A DNA stretch of 64,000 bases from a bacterium (GTDB taxonomy: Bacteria; Patescibacteriota; JABMPQ01; JBDRIV01): contig JBDRIV010000002.1 in assembly GCA_043815505.1 (NCBI GenBank), positions 116,784 to 180,783 on the forward strand, written 5' to 3'. Each line of letters starts with the position of its first letter. Position 1 is the stretch's first letter. The notes below the pieces were generated by a model that saw only the letters and a list, made by a program, of their open reading frames with translations, was not told the DNA's origin and did no database searches. Below are positions 49,520 through 58,541 of this stretch, piece after piece. The translations under genes and the position numbers were made by a program.

Positions 49520-52009
49520 ATGAAAAGCTGTAATGCCATTCTGTGTCTCGTGGTGGTTTTTCTGCTGTCTGTTATGACAGCGGATGCCGCAGTTTTGCGG
49601 GTCCCTCAAAGCTATCCGACCATCCAGGTTGCTGTTGATGCCTCCGTGGATGGCGACACGGTGCTGGTGGACGAAGGCACCTACACTGGTGTTGGTAATC
49701 GTGATATCTATATCGAAAGGAAAAAGATAACTGTAAAGTCGGTGTCTGGACCCACTAAATGTATTATCAACTGCGAGAATAAAGGTCGTGCCTTCATGAT
49801 CTATCTCGAAGGTGATGACTCTCCAACTATCAATGGGTTTACCATTGTAAATGCATCCAAGTTTGTTGGTGGTTTCTATGATGATGGCGGTGGAATCTAT
49901 TGCCACTATGTCAATCCAACCATCAAAAACTGCATTATTATGAATTGCAACGGTGGTAATGGCGGTGGAATTTATCTCGATAATTCCAGTCCAGTCATTC
50001 AAGATTGTGTGATCGCGAACTGTGAAGCTACAAGATTTGGCGCTGGAATCTCTGGTCACAGCGAATGCTCTCCAAAAATTTTGGATTGTATCATTGACAA
50101 TAACAAAACGAACGATGGTGGCGCTGGAATTGCTATTGGTTATAATGGAAAGCCAGAAATAACCAATTGTATTATTACCAACAATCGTTCTAAAGATTCA
50201 TATGGTGGTGGTATCTCAATTTATCAAGATGCTGTTGGAAAAATTCAAAAATGTACAATCATTGGGAATTACTCTTACTCTGGAGGTGGAGGAGTTTACG
50301 TTGGTGGTTGTGGTATTGGTGAAAACCAATTAATCGAGAATTCCATTGTATGGGGAAATAGTGCAGTATCTCAAGGTGACAACATCTTTACCTATAATGA
50401 AGAAGACCTCATCGTCAAATTCTCTTGCATCGAAGGTGGTTGGGCTGGTCAGGGTAATATTAGTCAGAATCCGCAGTTTCGAGATGGTCCTCCCGACAAT
50501 GCATGGAAAAACACTCACTGGCCGTCAGGTTTGAATTCTGACGCCTACTATCTGAAACAAATCGCTGCTGGTGATGCAGTAGATAGTCCCTGTGTAGATG
50601 CCGGTAATCCCGGCACAACTGTTACAGGAACTACGCGCAACGATCAGGTTATCGATTCTGGCACGCCCGATATGGGTGCTCATTACAGAGAATTTTTCAT
50701 CGGATACAATCCGACTAACATGATTTTCACAGCTTCAGAAGGGGAAATCCCCGCGCCACAGTATGTGGAAATTTGGCCGGACGGTGATGGTTCAACTGGT
50801 ATGAACTGGACAGTTAGCAAATATGTTCCATGGATTTCTCTTGATCCGCTTTCTGGAACTTCAACAGGAGAAGTTGATCAGGTGGCAGTGAATATCGACA
50901 CTAGCAACATGAGTAGAGGAACCTACTCAGGCAAGATTTATGTTAATGCCAATGATGCTTTTTGGCCTACAGAAAGTATCCTGATTACAGTTAGCATCGG
51001 TGAAACGGTCACGGGCCCAAAGCTCGTTGTGGGGCCTGGCCCCGCTTACGGTAATGATTCTGTTGTTCGAGTTTTTCCTCCGCAGCAGAATGCAACCTAT
51101 GAATTGGAGTTTGCCGCTTACGGCGTGCCCCATTATGGGGTCAACGTTACGGTAGGGAATTTCGGTGGTGGCGACATGATCGTTACCGGCGCTGGCCCTG
51201 GGGCTGTATTTGGTCCTCATGTTAGAGGATTCTTGCCCAACGGTATTCAACTACCTGAGTTTTCCTTTCTCGCTTACGGAACCAACAAATGGGGTGTAAA
51301 CGTCGCTTGTGGTAATCTGGATGATGACGAAGCAGATGAGATTATTACTGGCGCTGGCCCAGGAGAAATTTTTGGCCCGCACGTGCGGGCGTGGAACTAT
51401 AATGGTTCTACTATTTCTTCCATAGCGAAGGTAAGCTATTTCGCCTATAAAACCCCTAAATGGGGAGTCAACGTAGCGGCTGGTGATGTGGATGGTGATG
51501 GTTACGACGAAATCATTACCGGCGCAGGACCAGGTGCGGTATACGGCCCTCACGTCCGGGGTTGGGATGTGGACTCTGATTCCGCGGTAGCCATACCAGG
51601 AATCAACTTCCTTGCTTATGGAACCAATAAGTTTGGTGTTAATGTGACAGTCGGAGATGTCGACGGCGACGGCTACGACGAAATCATTACCGGCGCTGGT
51701 CCAGGATCTGTGTTTGGAGCTCATGTGCGTGGTTGGAACTACGACGGCGCGCAAATCACAGAACTTCCTAACTTTTCCTTCTTTGCTTGGTCGCCTAACG
51801 ATATACGTTATGGCGCCAAGGTTTATGCCGGTGCTGATTTGGACGGTGACGGCAAAAATGAACTGATCGTTGGCGGTGGTCCTGATCCGAATATGAATAC
51901 CGAGATCAAAGCCTACCGCTATAATGGAAGTATCGTTGAATGGTTCTCCATCTACGAAACTTTCGTCGGATATACGAAGGGAACCAGCATCGCTGCTGGT
52001 AACTTCTAA
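49520..52009 (+). CDS. secreted right-handed beta-helix (pectate-lyase-like) protein with C-terminal FG-GAP/VCBS-like beta-propeller repeats
   Basis: Signal peptide. PbH1-like repeats (NCIIMNCNGGNGGGIY, CVIANCEATRFGAGIS). At least five repeats of GVNV..GD.DGDGYDEIITGAGPG..FGPHVRGW with DxDxDG Ca-binding-like loops. Strong AAGGAG SD. GC about 10 points above surroundings. Confidence 0.75.
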   Translation: MKSCNAILCLVVVFLLSVMTADAAVLRVPQSYPTIQVAVDASVDGDTVLVDEGTYTGVGNRDIYIERKKITVKSVSGPTKCIINCENKGRAFMIYLEGDDSPTINGFTIVNASKFVGGFYDDGGGIYCHYVNPTIKNCIIMNCNGGNGGGIYLDNSSPVIQDCVIANCEATRFGAGISGHSECSPKILDCIIDNNKTNDGGAGIAIGYNGKPEITNCIITNNRSKDSYGGGISIYQDAVGKIQKCTIIGNYSYSGGGGVYVGGCGIGENQLIENSIVWGNSAVSQGDNIFTYNEEDLIVKFSCIEGGWAGQGNISQNPQFRDGPPDNAWKNTHWPSGLNSDAYYLKQIAAGDAVDSPCVDAGNPGTTVTGTTRNDQVIDSGTPDMGAHYREFFIGYNPTNMIFTASEGEIPAPQYVEIWPDGDGSTGMNWTVSKYVPWISLDPLSGTSTGEVDQVAVNIDTSNMSRGTYSGKIYVNANDAFWPTESILITVSIGETVTGPKLVVGPGPAYGNDSVVRVFPPQQNATYELEFAAYGVPHYGVNVTVGNFGGGDMIVTGAGPGAVFGPHVRGFLPNGIQLPEFSFLAYGTNKWGVNVACGNLDDDEADEIITGAGPGEIFGPHVRAWNYNGSTISSIAKVSYFAYKTPKWGVNVAAGDVDGDGYDEIITGAGPGAVYGPHVRGWDVDSDSAVAIPGINFLAYGTNKFGVNVTVGDVDGDGYDEIITGAGPGSVFGAHVRGWNYDGAQITELPNFSFFAWSPNDIRYGAKVYAGADLDGDGKNELIVGGGPDPNMNTEIKAYRYNGSIVEWFSIYETFVGYTKGTSIAAGNF

Positions 52010-52027
52010 ATCCAAAAAGTAAATCTC

Positions 52028-52070
52028 AGGGTGAGTTGCATAGCAATATGTAACTCACCCTTTTTCTTTA
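52028..52070 (+). terminator. Rho-independent terminator
   Basis: AGGGTGAGTT-(14 nt)-AACTCACCCT followed by TTTTTCTTT. Confidence 0.6.
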
Positions 52071-52217
52071 TTTAAAATGCGCGCATCGATGGAGTGAGTG
52101 CGCGCAAAGCAAAGCTGGCTAGCAGAAAACATGGAGAGTTTCTCTGCGATTGGAGTTAAGCTATATTTGGGTTGGTATTCATTGATGTGGTAGATCAGGT
52201 AGATTTCTCCACATTTT

Positions 52218-52472
52218 TTATTTTGGTAGATCAAAGAGCATGCCGAGTTTGGGTCGGTGTTTGACGATGTGCTGAGTGAGCAGGATGCTTTTGATGAGAT
52301 GTTCCCGGTTTTCACCGCTTTCTTCTCCATAAATGATGTCAGGATCATTCATGAAGTCACATGAGATATCGTGATTTTTACCTAAATCGACACCACATTT
52401 CGGGCAGTTTTCTGGAAGTTGAAAGTCTTCCGGAATCTCAATCTCTAACTGACCATGAACAAAGCTTGTCAT
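52218..52472 (-). CDS. small hypothetical protein with a CPKCG motif
   Basis: 84-aa ORF with a strong GAGGGGG SD 8 nt upstream; higher-GC patch. Confidence 0.4.
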   Translation of the reverse strand: MTSFVHGQLEIEIPEDFQLPENCPKCGVDLGKNHDISCDFMNDPDIIYGEESGENREHLIKSILLTQHIVKHRPKLGMLFDLPK

Positions 52473-52594
52473 TTTTCTACCCCCTCTATATAAAAGTTAA
52501 AAGAACAAAGTTTCACATCAATATACTAATTATATTATATAATGTCAAAAATTACACGTCTACTATTATTTCTGAAATTTGCTAAGATAAATTT

Positions 52595-53134
52595 ATGTCA
52601 AAACAATGGAAAAAATTAAGTTCTAAAAAGGTTTATGAAAATCCTTGGATGAAAGTATTTGAGGATGATGTTGTTGGTCCCGACGGAAAGAAAAGTATTT
52701 ATGGTTACATAGATAAACCTCATTACGTTTTAGCTATTCCAATTTATAAGAAAAAATTCTATTTAGTTGAACAATATAGATATCCAGTTCAGGAAAGAGG
52801 AATTGAGTTTCCACAAGGTGGGAATGAAAATGGGCGTGAACCTCAAGAGCAAGTTAAAATAGAATTGCAAGAAGAAACTGGTTTAATCACAAAAAAGATA
52901 AAAAAACTTGGATTTTTATGGTTATCAAATGGACATTCAACTCAAGGATTTTACATTTATTTAATCCATTGTAAAAAGAAGGGAAAAACCAATTTTGAAG
53001 GAACAGAAGCAGATATGAAAATTAAAAAATATTCTAAAAAGAAATTAGAAAAAATGTTAGCAGATGGAACTATAAAAGATTCTCCTACCGTTGCTGCTTA
53101 CGGATTATATTTGCTCAAAAAGAAAAGGACTTAA
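52595..53134 (+). CDS. NUDIX hydrolase
   Basis: Nudix box GGNENGREPQEQVKIELQEETGL. Confidence 0.6.
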   Translation: MSKQWKKLSSKKVYENPWMKVFEDDVVGPDGKKSIYGYIDKPHYVLAIPIYKKKFYLVEQYRYPVQERGIEFPQGGNENGREPQEQVKIELQEETGLITKKIKKLGFLWLSNGHSTQGFYIYLIHCKKKGKTNFEGTEADMKIKKYSKKKLEKMLADGTIKDSPTVAAYGLYLLKKKRT

Positions 53135-53158
53135 GATAAGTCCTTTAAAATGTGCGGT

Positions 53159-53560
53159 TTAAGCTGGTTGATCCAGTTTATTTTTTTCGATTTCGTGATG
53201 CAGGTTTTCAGCCAGGGCGTTAACAACACTGCGAACATTGCTAGTGGTGATGTCACCTTTGTAGTGAACGCTCATAGGTCTTTTATACTCACCTTCTCTG
53301 AAAAAAGGAAAAGCAACACTCAACCTATTCTTTTCTCCAAATCTGAAAATGAGTTGGGTGCAGAAATGACTACGAACGTCAATTTTGGAGCTAACATTAC
53401 ATTCATAAGATTCTATCGGTCTGGCAATTCTTTTAAACAAAACAGGGTCATGTTTGTAGAGTCTATTAAACTCAGCTTCTAGAATTCTCAGTTCATGGGG
53501 ATGCTTTGGTGCGCTCCAAAATTGGAATTTGTCCATAAGATTATACGGAGTTCTACCCAT
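53159..53560 (-). CDS. hypothetical protein (133 aa)
   Basis: AGGAGGAACGATA SD directly upstream; globular composition; higher-GC patch. Confidence 0.45.
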   Translation of the reverse strand: MGRTPYNLMDKFQFWSAPKHPHELRILEAEFNRLYKHDPVLFKRIARPIESYECNVSSKIDVRSHFCTQLIFRFGEKNRLSVAFPFFREGEYKRPMSVHYKGDITTSNVRSVVNALAENLHHEIEKNKLDQPA

Positions 53561-53714
53561 TATCGTTCCTCCTATGTGAAAGATTTCAATTACGATCTAT
53601 ATTTCGAACTTTAAAGATTGCCACAAGAATTTCAAATAGTCAAACAAAAAAAGCCCTCGCAGAAAGAGCTTATAATAATATAATTCTGCGAAGGCCGTGT
53701 GGCGATGCCTTGAG

Positions 53715-53906
53715 TCAGCTAAATTCGAAGAATCTTGACATGACGATATCGTCGACTCTGATGCTGAAGCGAGAAATTGTTGGCGATTGGTTTTCCAAAC
53801 CACCATTTTCACTGAGATGCTTCAATGCACCCGTGACCTCCTCGTCAGAAAACCTTTCCGGATTTTCCAAAATATTTCTTGCTGCTCTTGTCCTTTCTTC
53901 CTGCAT
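53715..53906 (-). CDS. small hypothetical protein (63 aa)
   Basis: GGGGGTAAGC SD-like sequence upstream; charged helical composition. Confidence 0.3.
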   Translation of the reverse strand: MQEERTRAARNILENPERFSDEEVTGALKHLSENGGLENQSPTISRFSIRVDDIVMSRFFEFS

Positions 53907-54055
53907 CGCTTACCCCCATCATGTTGTTTGAAAGATCAAACTATTACCCTAAAAACACTGATATATTTTTATCATACACAAACCAAAAAGTCAATCCCGC
54001 TTTCAAAAAATATAAATATTTAGTAAAATAACAAACAGATTACTAAAAACAAACA

Positions 54056-54820
54056 ATGAATATTATAACTGCTGAAGCTTCAATTGTTAGAATAATTCAA
54101 GACACACATTGTGTAAAAAGATATCAACTGGAATTTCCCGAATTAAAAGATCTAAATTTTCAAGCGGGACAATTTATAATTCTGTCTTTGCCCGAAATAA
54201 AAGACGAAGAAGACAAGCCAATAAAAAGAGCATATTCAATTGCATCTTCACCTGACATGAAAGATTATTTAGAGCTTTGTATAAAAAACATGGCTACCGG
54301 CGGACTTTCCACTCAACTAAATGATTTACAAGTTGGTGACAAAGTAAATGTGCAAGGACCATTCGGTGCTTTCACTTTACAACACAAACAACCAAAATAT
54401 ATTTTCTTAGCTGGTGGTAGTGGAATTTCTCCTTTAATGAGCATGGTACGTCACATGGCTCACGAAAAAAGGGGTGAAGAAATTCTTTTTTTCTTTTCCG
54501 CTCTAACTCGCTGTGATTTAGTTTATGAAGAAGAACTTCCCGCTTTGGTGAAAGAGTTTCCCAACATCAAACTGATTTTTGGAATTAGTGAAGAAGAATG
54601 GCCAGCCATGTTTAAAGATGCGCCATGGGAAAAAGTGCAAGGTTTATTTAATAAAGACACTTTAGCAAAATATATGAATGGTATAGATTATGAAGCCTAC
54701 ATTTGCGGACCAGAGCCTTTCATAAATGCTATGAAAGATGGATTAGATGCACTTGGTGTGCCAAAAGAAAACGTTCATTATGAAGATTGGGGCACAGCCA
54801 ACAAACAATTAGCCAAGTAA
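54056..54820 (+). CDS. FAD/NAD(P)-binding oxidoreductase (ferredoxin-NADP reductase / PyrK-like fold)
   Basis: Flavin-binding RAYSIAS motif and GGSGISP NAD(P)-binding motif. Confidence 0.6.
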   Translation: MNIITAEASIVRIIQDTHCVKRYQLEFPELKDLNFQAGQFIILSLPEIKDEEDKPIKRAYSIASSPDMKDYLELCIKNMATGGLSTQLNDLQVGDKVNVQGPFGAFTLQHKQPKYIFLAGGSGISPLMSMVRHMAHEKRGEEILFFFSALTRCDLVYEEELPALVKEFPNIKLIFGISEEEWPAMFKDAPWEKVQGLFNKDTLAKYMNGIDYEAYICGPEPFINAMKDGLDALGVPKENVHYEDWGTANKQLAK

Positions 54821-54860
54821 TATAAATTGTGGTATAGTAATAAAAAAGTAAGCAAAACAA

Positions 54861-55367
54861 ATGTCAGAACAAGAAGAAAAAACAATTGATCTAAACAAAA
54901 TTGGCAATGAGCTTTTGTCTTGGGAAGCGAACGAGTTTGTGCAATATGATAGAGATCAAAGTTGGTATTTGGGTGGTGGAATTTTAGCTGTGCTTCTAGT
55001 CATATATTCCATTTTTACCAGCAATTATCTTTTTACTTTGATAATTGCCATGATTGTAGCCGTTGTTTATTTGTACACGCAAAAAAAGCCAGAAAAATTA
55101 AAGGTTGTAATCACAGAAAAGGGAATAGTTTTGAATAAAGAATTTCTTGATTACGAAGATTTAGAAGATTTTTGGATTTTATATAAACCACCCGAGCTTA
55201 AAACTCTAAATATTGGCAGACAAGGTTTTTGGCGACCACATTATGAAATTCAGTTAGAAGATATTAATCCGCTAAAAGTTCGCGAGATTTTGCTGGAATA
55301 TTTGGAAGAAAATGTGGAACGAGAAGAAGGCGGAGTTGATAGAATGTCCAGGAACTTGAAGTTTTAG
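54861..55367 (+). CDS. 2-TM membrane protein, hypothetical
   Basis: ORF with a central hydrophobic hairpin. Confidence 0.4.
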   Translation: MSEQEEKTIDLNKIGNELLSWEANEFVQYDRDQSWYLGGGILAVLLVIYSIFTSNYLFTLIIAMIVAVVYLYTQKKPEKLKVVITEKGIVLNKEFLDYEDLEDFWILYKPPELKTLNIGRQGFWRPHYEIQLEDINPLKVREILLEYLEENVEREEGGVDRMSRNLKF

Positions 55368-55460
55368 TTTGTTTCTTGTAAAGTAGTTTTAGTATCAGGA
55401 ACCATTTTTGGTTCCTTTTACGATAGAAGTGGCAAATGGCACTTTGCATTTATTTTAAGA

Positions 55461-55566
55461 GGAGCCCCGCCCCAGTTTTATAGAACTCAAATGCTTTAAG
55501 TTAAAAATTACTTTTTAGCATTATTGAATTAGATTATATTGAGTTTTGAAAAACTGGGGCGGGGCG
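55461..55566. repeat. inverted-repeat element, copy B, abutting tRNA-Arg
   Basis: GGAGCCCCGCCCCAGTTTT ... 69 nt AT-rich ... AAAACTGGGGCGGGGCG. Confidence 0.8.
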
Positions 55567-55570
55567 ACGA

Positions 55571-55643
55571 GCGCTCGTAGCTCAGCGGATAGAGCATCAG
55601 ATTGCGGATCTGAAGGTCGCAGGTTCGAATCCCGCCGAGCGCA
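55571..55643 (+). tRNA. tRNA-Arg (anticodon read as GCG; ACG is more usual in bacteria)
   Basis: GCGCTCG/CGAGCGC acceptor, D-arm GCTC-AGCGGATA-GAGC, anticodon arm TCAGA-TTGCGGA-TCTGA, T-loop TTCGAAT. Confidence 0.7.
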
Positions 55644-55647
55644 GAAA

Positions 55648-55678
55648 ATATCCACCATGATGGTGGATATTTGTTTTG
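55648..55678 (+). terminator. Rho-independent terminator after tRNA-Arg
   Basis: Perfect palindrome ATATCCACCATGATGGTGGATAT followed by TTGTTTTGT. Confidence 0.7.
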
Positions 55679-55756
55679 TCCAAATTGAAAGAAATTATAT
55701 AGTGGTTATAATTAAAGGAATTTTATTTTGGGTAGTTCTTTAAAAAGGGGGAATAG

Positions 55757-55954
55757 ATGATGATCAAGAATAAGAGAATAAAGAAGGATTCTAATTGCCA
55801 ACCCTGTCCTGAGTGTGGAAGTGAAAATGTAAGCGCTTCCAATATTAAGGACGTTGCTTTTTCCATCCATTATATTGATGATGTGGCAGATTTTCTCTGT
55901 CATGATTGTAAACACGTCTGGCACGGTCAGTATGGATATATGGGGTTAACGTGA
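55757..55954 (+). CDS. small zinc-ribbon protein (CPECG...CHDC)
   Basis: 65-aa ORF with two CxxC pairs and a GGGG SD-like sequence upstream. Confidence 0.4.
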   Translation: MMIKNKRIKKDSNCQPCPECGSENVSASNIKDVAFSIHYIDDVADFLCHDCKHVWHGQYGYMGLT

Positions 55955-55978
55955 TTATGTGAGAGAAGGAGGGAAAAG

Positions 55979-56479
55979 ATGCTTTGCATTATTTCTGACC
56001 AGGGATATCCTAAAGATGGTAATGTGATGGCTAGGGTTGAACTTTATCTTGATAATCCTTTTGAAGGTGGAATTATGATTTTAGGCAAGGACAGTCAAGA
56101 AAAAGAATTCAAACCAAAACATGAGCCTGGAGGATCATATGCTCTTCCATCGGGAAAGCAATTTCGTGTACCCGTAGGAAATCATTCGGTTTTGTATTTT
56201 CCTTTCGAGTTGAATTGTAGTATCGGAACCCAGGAAATTAAAAAGTATGAACATATTGATGACGAATTTTTTCGTCATTTTGACCTGGTTCTGATGGACG
56301 AATTCATGGAACGAATCGAACTCAACGATTCGGAAATCGAAAGGTTTTTCAAGAAGATGGTTATTTGGGGGAGGCTTGAATTGATTGGGGTACTGGCAAC
56401 TCATTTTTGGGGTGAGGTTTATCAGGAGAGAACTCCCGTAGTTGAAGAGTTCTTGAACCGTTTTAGAAAACAAGAATAA
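55979..56479 (+). CDS. hypothetical protein (166 aa)
   Basis: ORF with an AGGAGGGAAAAG SD region; no recognisable motifs. Confidence 0.45.
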   Translation: MLCIISDQGYPKDGNVMARVELYLDNPFEGGIMILGKDSQEKEFKPKHEPGGSYALPSGKQFRVPVGNHSVLYFPFELNCSIGTQEIKKYEHIDDEFFRHFDLVLMDEFMERIELNDSEIERFFKKMVIWGRLELIGVLATHFWGEVYQERTPVVEEFLNRFRKQE

Positions 56480-56488
56480 ATGTACTTT

Positions 56489-56523
56489 GACCCGCAACCA
56501 TGTTGGTTTGCGGGTTTTCGTTT
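56489..56523 (+). terminator. Rho-independent terminator
   Basis: ACCCGCAACCA-TG-TTGGTTTGCGGGT followed by TTTTCGTTT. Confidence 0.65.
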
Positions 56524-56593
56524 GCTGGAAGGTGTAAAAATTGATAAAATCTTATTATGTATATGAAATTATAAGAGAGGATATAATCTTAAT

Positions 56594-56690
56594 GGAGGAG
56601 TGTCAGAGTGGGTTGCAAGCGAACTTGTGGAGCTTGTGACGGGTTGCAAAAGCAACCCTGGCATTTGCGAGATTCAGTTTTTTGCTTAAG
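56594..56690 (+). other. tRNA-Ser-like 5' fragment / small structured RNA candidate downstream of a TATAAT box
   Basis: Begins GGAGGAGTGTCAGAGTGG, matching the tRNA-Ser 5' end GGAGGGGTGACGGAGTGG, but does not fold as a cloverleaf. Contains the GGGTTGC-AAAA-GCAACCC hairpin and ends in a T6 run. Confidence 0.3.
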
Positions 56691-56731
56691 ACGAAGTCGA
56701 GATATAATGTAATCGAGCAAATGAACGGACC

Positions 56732-56932
56732 GGTCTTGTTACCCAAAGCGTGATCCGCCTTTGACAGAAAAACAATTATTTTATTAAAACGTCTTTTCTA
56801 CTGAGTGGAGGGGTGACGGAGTGGACGATCGTGACAGTCTTGAAAACTGTTGTCTCTTCACGGGGACCGTGAGTTCGAATCTCACCCCCTCCGCTCAGTA
56901 GAAAAGTCTTGTCACCCAAAGGGTGATCGCCC
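56732..56932. repeat. cassette: 28-bp direct repeats (GTCTTGTyACCCAAAGsGTGATCsCC at 56732-56759 and 56905-56932) flanking a 15-bp inverted repeat that directly abuts tRNA-Ser
   Basis: IR-L GTCTTTTCTACTGAG (56791-56805) and IR-R CTCAGTAGAAAAGTC (56894-56908) extend the tRNA acceptor helix. Confidence 0.7.
56807..56893 (+). tRNA. tRNA-Ser (anticodon TGA)
   Basis: GGAGGGG/CCCCTCC acceptor, anticodon arm ACAGT-CTTGAAA-ACTGT, long variable arm GTCTCTTCACGGGGAC, T-arm GTGAG-TTCGAAT-CTCAC, discriminator G. Confidence 0.8.
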
Positions 56933-56933
56933 T

Positions 56934-57048
56934 CTGGGCGAAAAACCGGAGTCCCCTCACGGGGACCGTGAGCCTGCCTGTCGTTAGGCGGGTTCGAATC
57001 TCCCTAGCCGCGCCTGTGGCTTGCCGCGGGCAGGCACCCCCTCCGCCA
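56934..57048 (+). pseudogene. chimeric tRNA-derived remnant carrying duplicated tRNA-Ser 3' segments and a CCA end
   Basis: Contains TCCCCTCACGGGGACCGTGAG (the Ser variable arm plus T-stem), an embedded GGGTTCGAATCTCCC T-arm-like unit, and ends CACCCCCTCCGCCA, identical to the Ser acceptor 3' strand plus CCA. No matching 5' half. Confidence 0.4.
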
Positions 57049-57070
57049 TTAAAATATTAATAGCAAAAAT

Positions 57071-57292
57071 ATGTACAAAACAGCAACAAGATGGGTAGCG
57101 ATTATTTTAACCGCTTCCGTAATATTATTTACTTTGATGGCGATATTGGCCATTTGGGACGTACTTGATGGCGACATAGCTTGGAAATCTCTAAGTACAT
57201 TAAGTGTTATTCTTTTTGCTTCACTCATCTCTTTGGTAATCATAAAAATAATTAAAAACAAAGGCGGATCTGATAAAAATTTAGATCTATAG
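57071..57292 (+). CDS. small 2-TM membrane protein, hypothetical
   Basis: 73-aa ORF with two hydrophobic helices. Confidence 0.35.
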   Translation: MYKTATRWVAIILTASVILFTLMAILAIWDVLDGDIAWKSLSTLSVILFASLISLVIIKIIKNKGGSDKNLDL

Positions 57293-57306
57293 ATATAAAC
57301 AACTAA

Positions 57307-58539
57307 ATGCTCATAACAAATTTTCTAATATTTCTAGTTTTAATTTTAGTGTCAGCAGTCTTTTCTGGTACCGAAACGGCTCTCATGACGATTGGTCCTG
57401 CCAAAGTTGAAGCTTTGATTGAACAAAATAAAAAAGGTGCTAAAGCCTTAAAAAGAATAAAGAAAAATACTCATCGTTTAATAATAACAATTTTAATTGG
57501 TAACAATTTAGTAAACATTGCCGCTGCCTCGCTGGCGACAGTGTTTTTTACTGATTTATTTGGATCAAAGGGAGTGGGTATTGCTACAGGAATTATGACA
57601 TTTCTAATTTTGGTATTTGGTGAAATAACTCCTAAAACTTATGCTGCCAATAATGCTGTGAGCTTGTCTCTTATGTTGGCTAAACCAATGGAAGTTCTAA
57701 TAATAACAATTTTACCTTTGGTTATGCTCTTTGAATATATTGCCAAAGGCATGTCATGGTTATTGCGTTCCAAAAAAGAAGATAAACTTTCTGAAGAAGA
57801 AATTAAATCTGTGGTAACCTTGGGACATAAAGAAGGAGTTTTAACTGAAGATGAAGCCGAAATGATTGAAAATGTTTTAGACTTTGAAGACAAAACTGTT
57901 AAGGAGGTAATGACACCAGTTTCTAATGTAAAAATGGTGGATGGCGCCAAACAGCTTTCTGAAGTTGTCGATTATGTGGCAAAAACTCCTCATTCTGAAT
58001 ATCCAGTTTATTTGAATAATAAAAACAATATTATAGGTGCCTTAGATGTTGATGATGTTTTAGAATATGTCAAAGACGATAAAGAAGATGTTTTGGTAAA
58101 AGATATTACGCGGGGTGTATTGCAAGTTACGGAAAAAAAGGAAATTGACGATTTGTTACAAGAACATGAACACGAAGACATGCCGTTAGTTATTGTGACA
58201 GATGATAATGAAAAAGTAATTGGGCTGGTAACTACTGAAGACATTTTAGAGGAAATCGTCGGTGAAATATTTGATAAAAGCGATAGAGAAGATGTGTTGG
58301 TGGAAAAAATTGATGCTAAAACAGCTCGCGTTAGCGCCATGATTCCGCTTGAAGAAGTAAATAAAAAATTAAAATTAAATCTGAAAGGGAGAAAATTTTT
58401 CACTCTAGCAGGCTTCATTCTTCACAGATTAAAACGTATGCCCAAGGAAGGTGAAATTATTAAGTTAAAAAATGCTATAATTGAAGTGGATGAGGTGACG
58501 GGCAATGCTATTGAAAGTGTAAAAATAATTAAGAAATAA
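57307..58539 (+). CDS. CNNM/HlyC/CorC family transporter (DUF21 + CBS pair + CorC_HlyC)
   Basis: 4-TM DUF21 N-domain, tandem CBS domains, C-terminal transporter-associated domain. Confidence 0.8.
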   Translation: MLITNFLIFLVLILVSAVFSGTETALMTIGPAKVEALIEQNKKGAKALKRIKKNTHRLIITILIGNNLVNIAAASLATVFFTDLFGSKGVGIATGIMTFLILVFGEITPKTYAANNAVSLSLMLAKPMEVLIITILPLVMLFEYIAKGMSWLLRSKKEDKLSEEEIKSVVTLGHKEGVLTEDEAEMIENVLDFEDKTVKEVMTPVSNVKMVDGAKQLSEVVDYVAKTPHSEYPVYLNNKNNIIGALDVDDVLEYVKDDKEDVLVKDITRGVLQVTEKKEIDDLLQEHEHEDMPLVIVTDDNEKVIGLVTTEDILEEIVGEIFDKSDREDVLVEKIDAKTARVSAMIPLEEVNKKLKLNLKGRKFFTLAGFILHRLKRMPKEGEIIKLKNAIIEVDEVTGNAIESVKIIKK

Positions 58540-58541
58540 TT

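Noticed and set aside
56594-56690. A complete tRNA, or a two-piece tmRNA, or a split tRNA formed with the downstream CCA-bearing fragment
   Set aside because: No cloverleaf with a 7-nt anticodon loop can be drawn. There is no Ala-like G3:U70 acceptor or tag ORF for tmRNA. The split-tRNA idea is not supportable from sequence alone, so I report it as a fragment or remnant.
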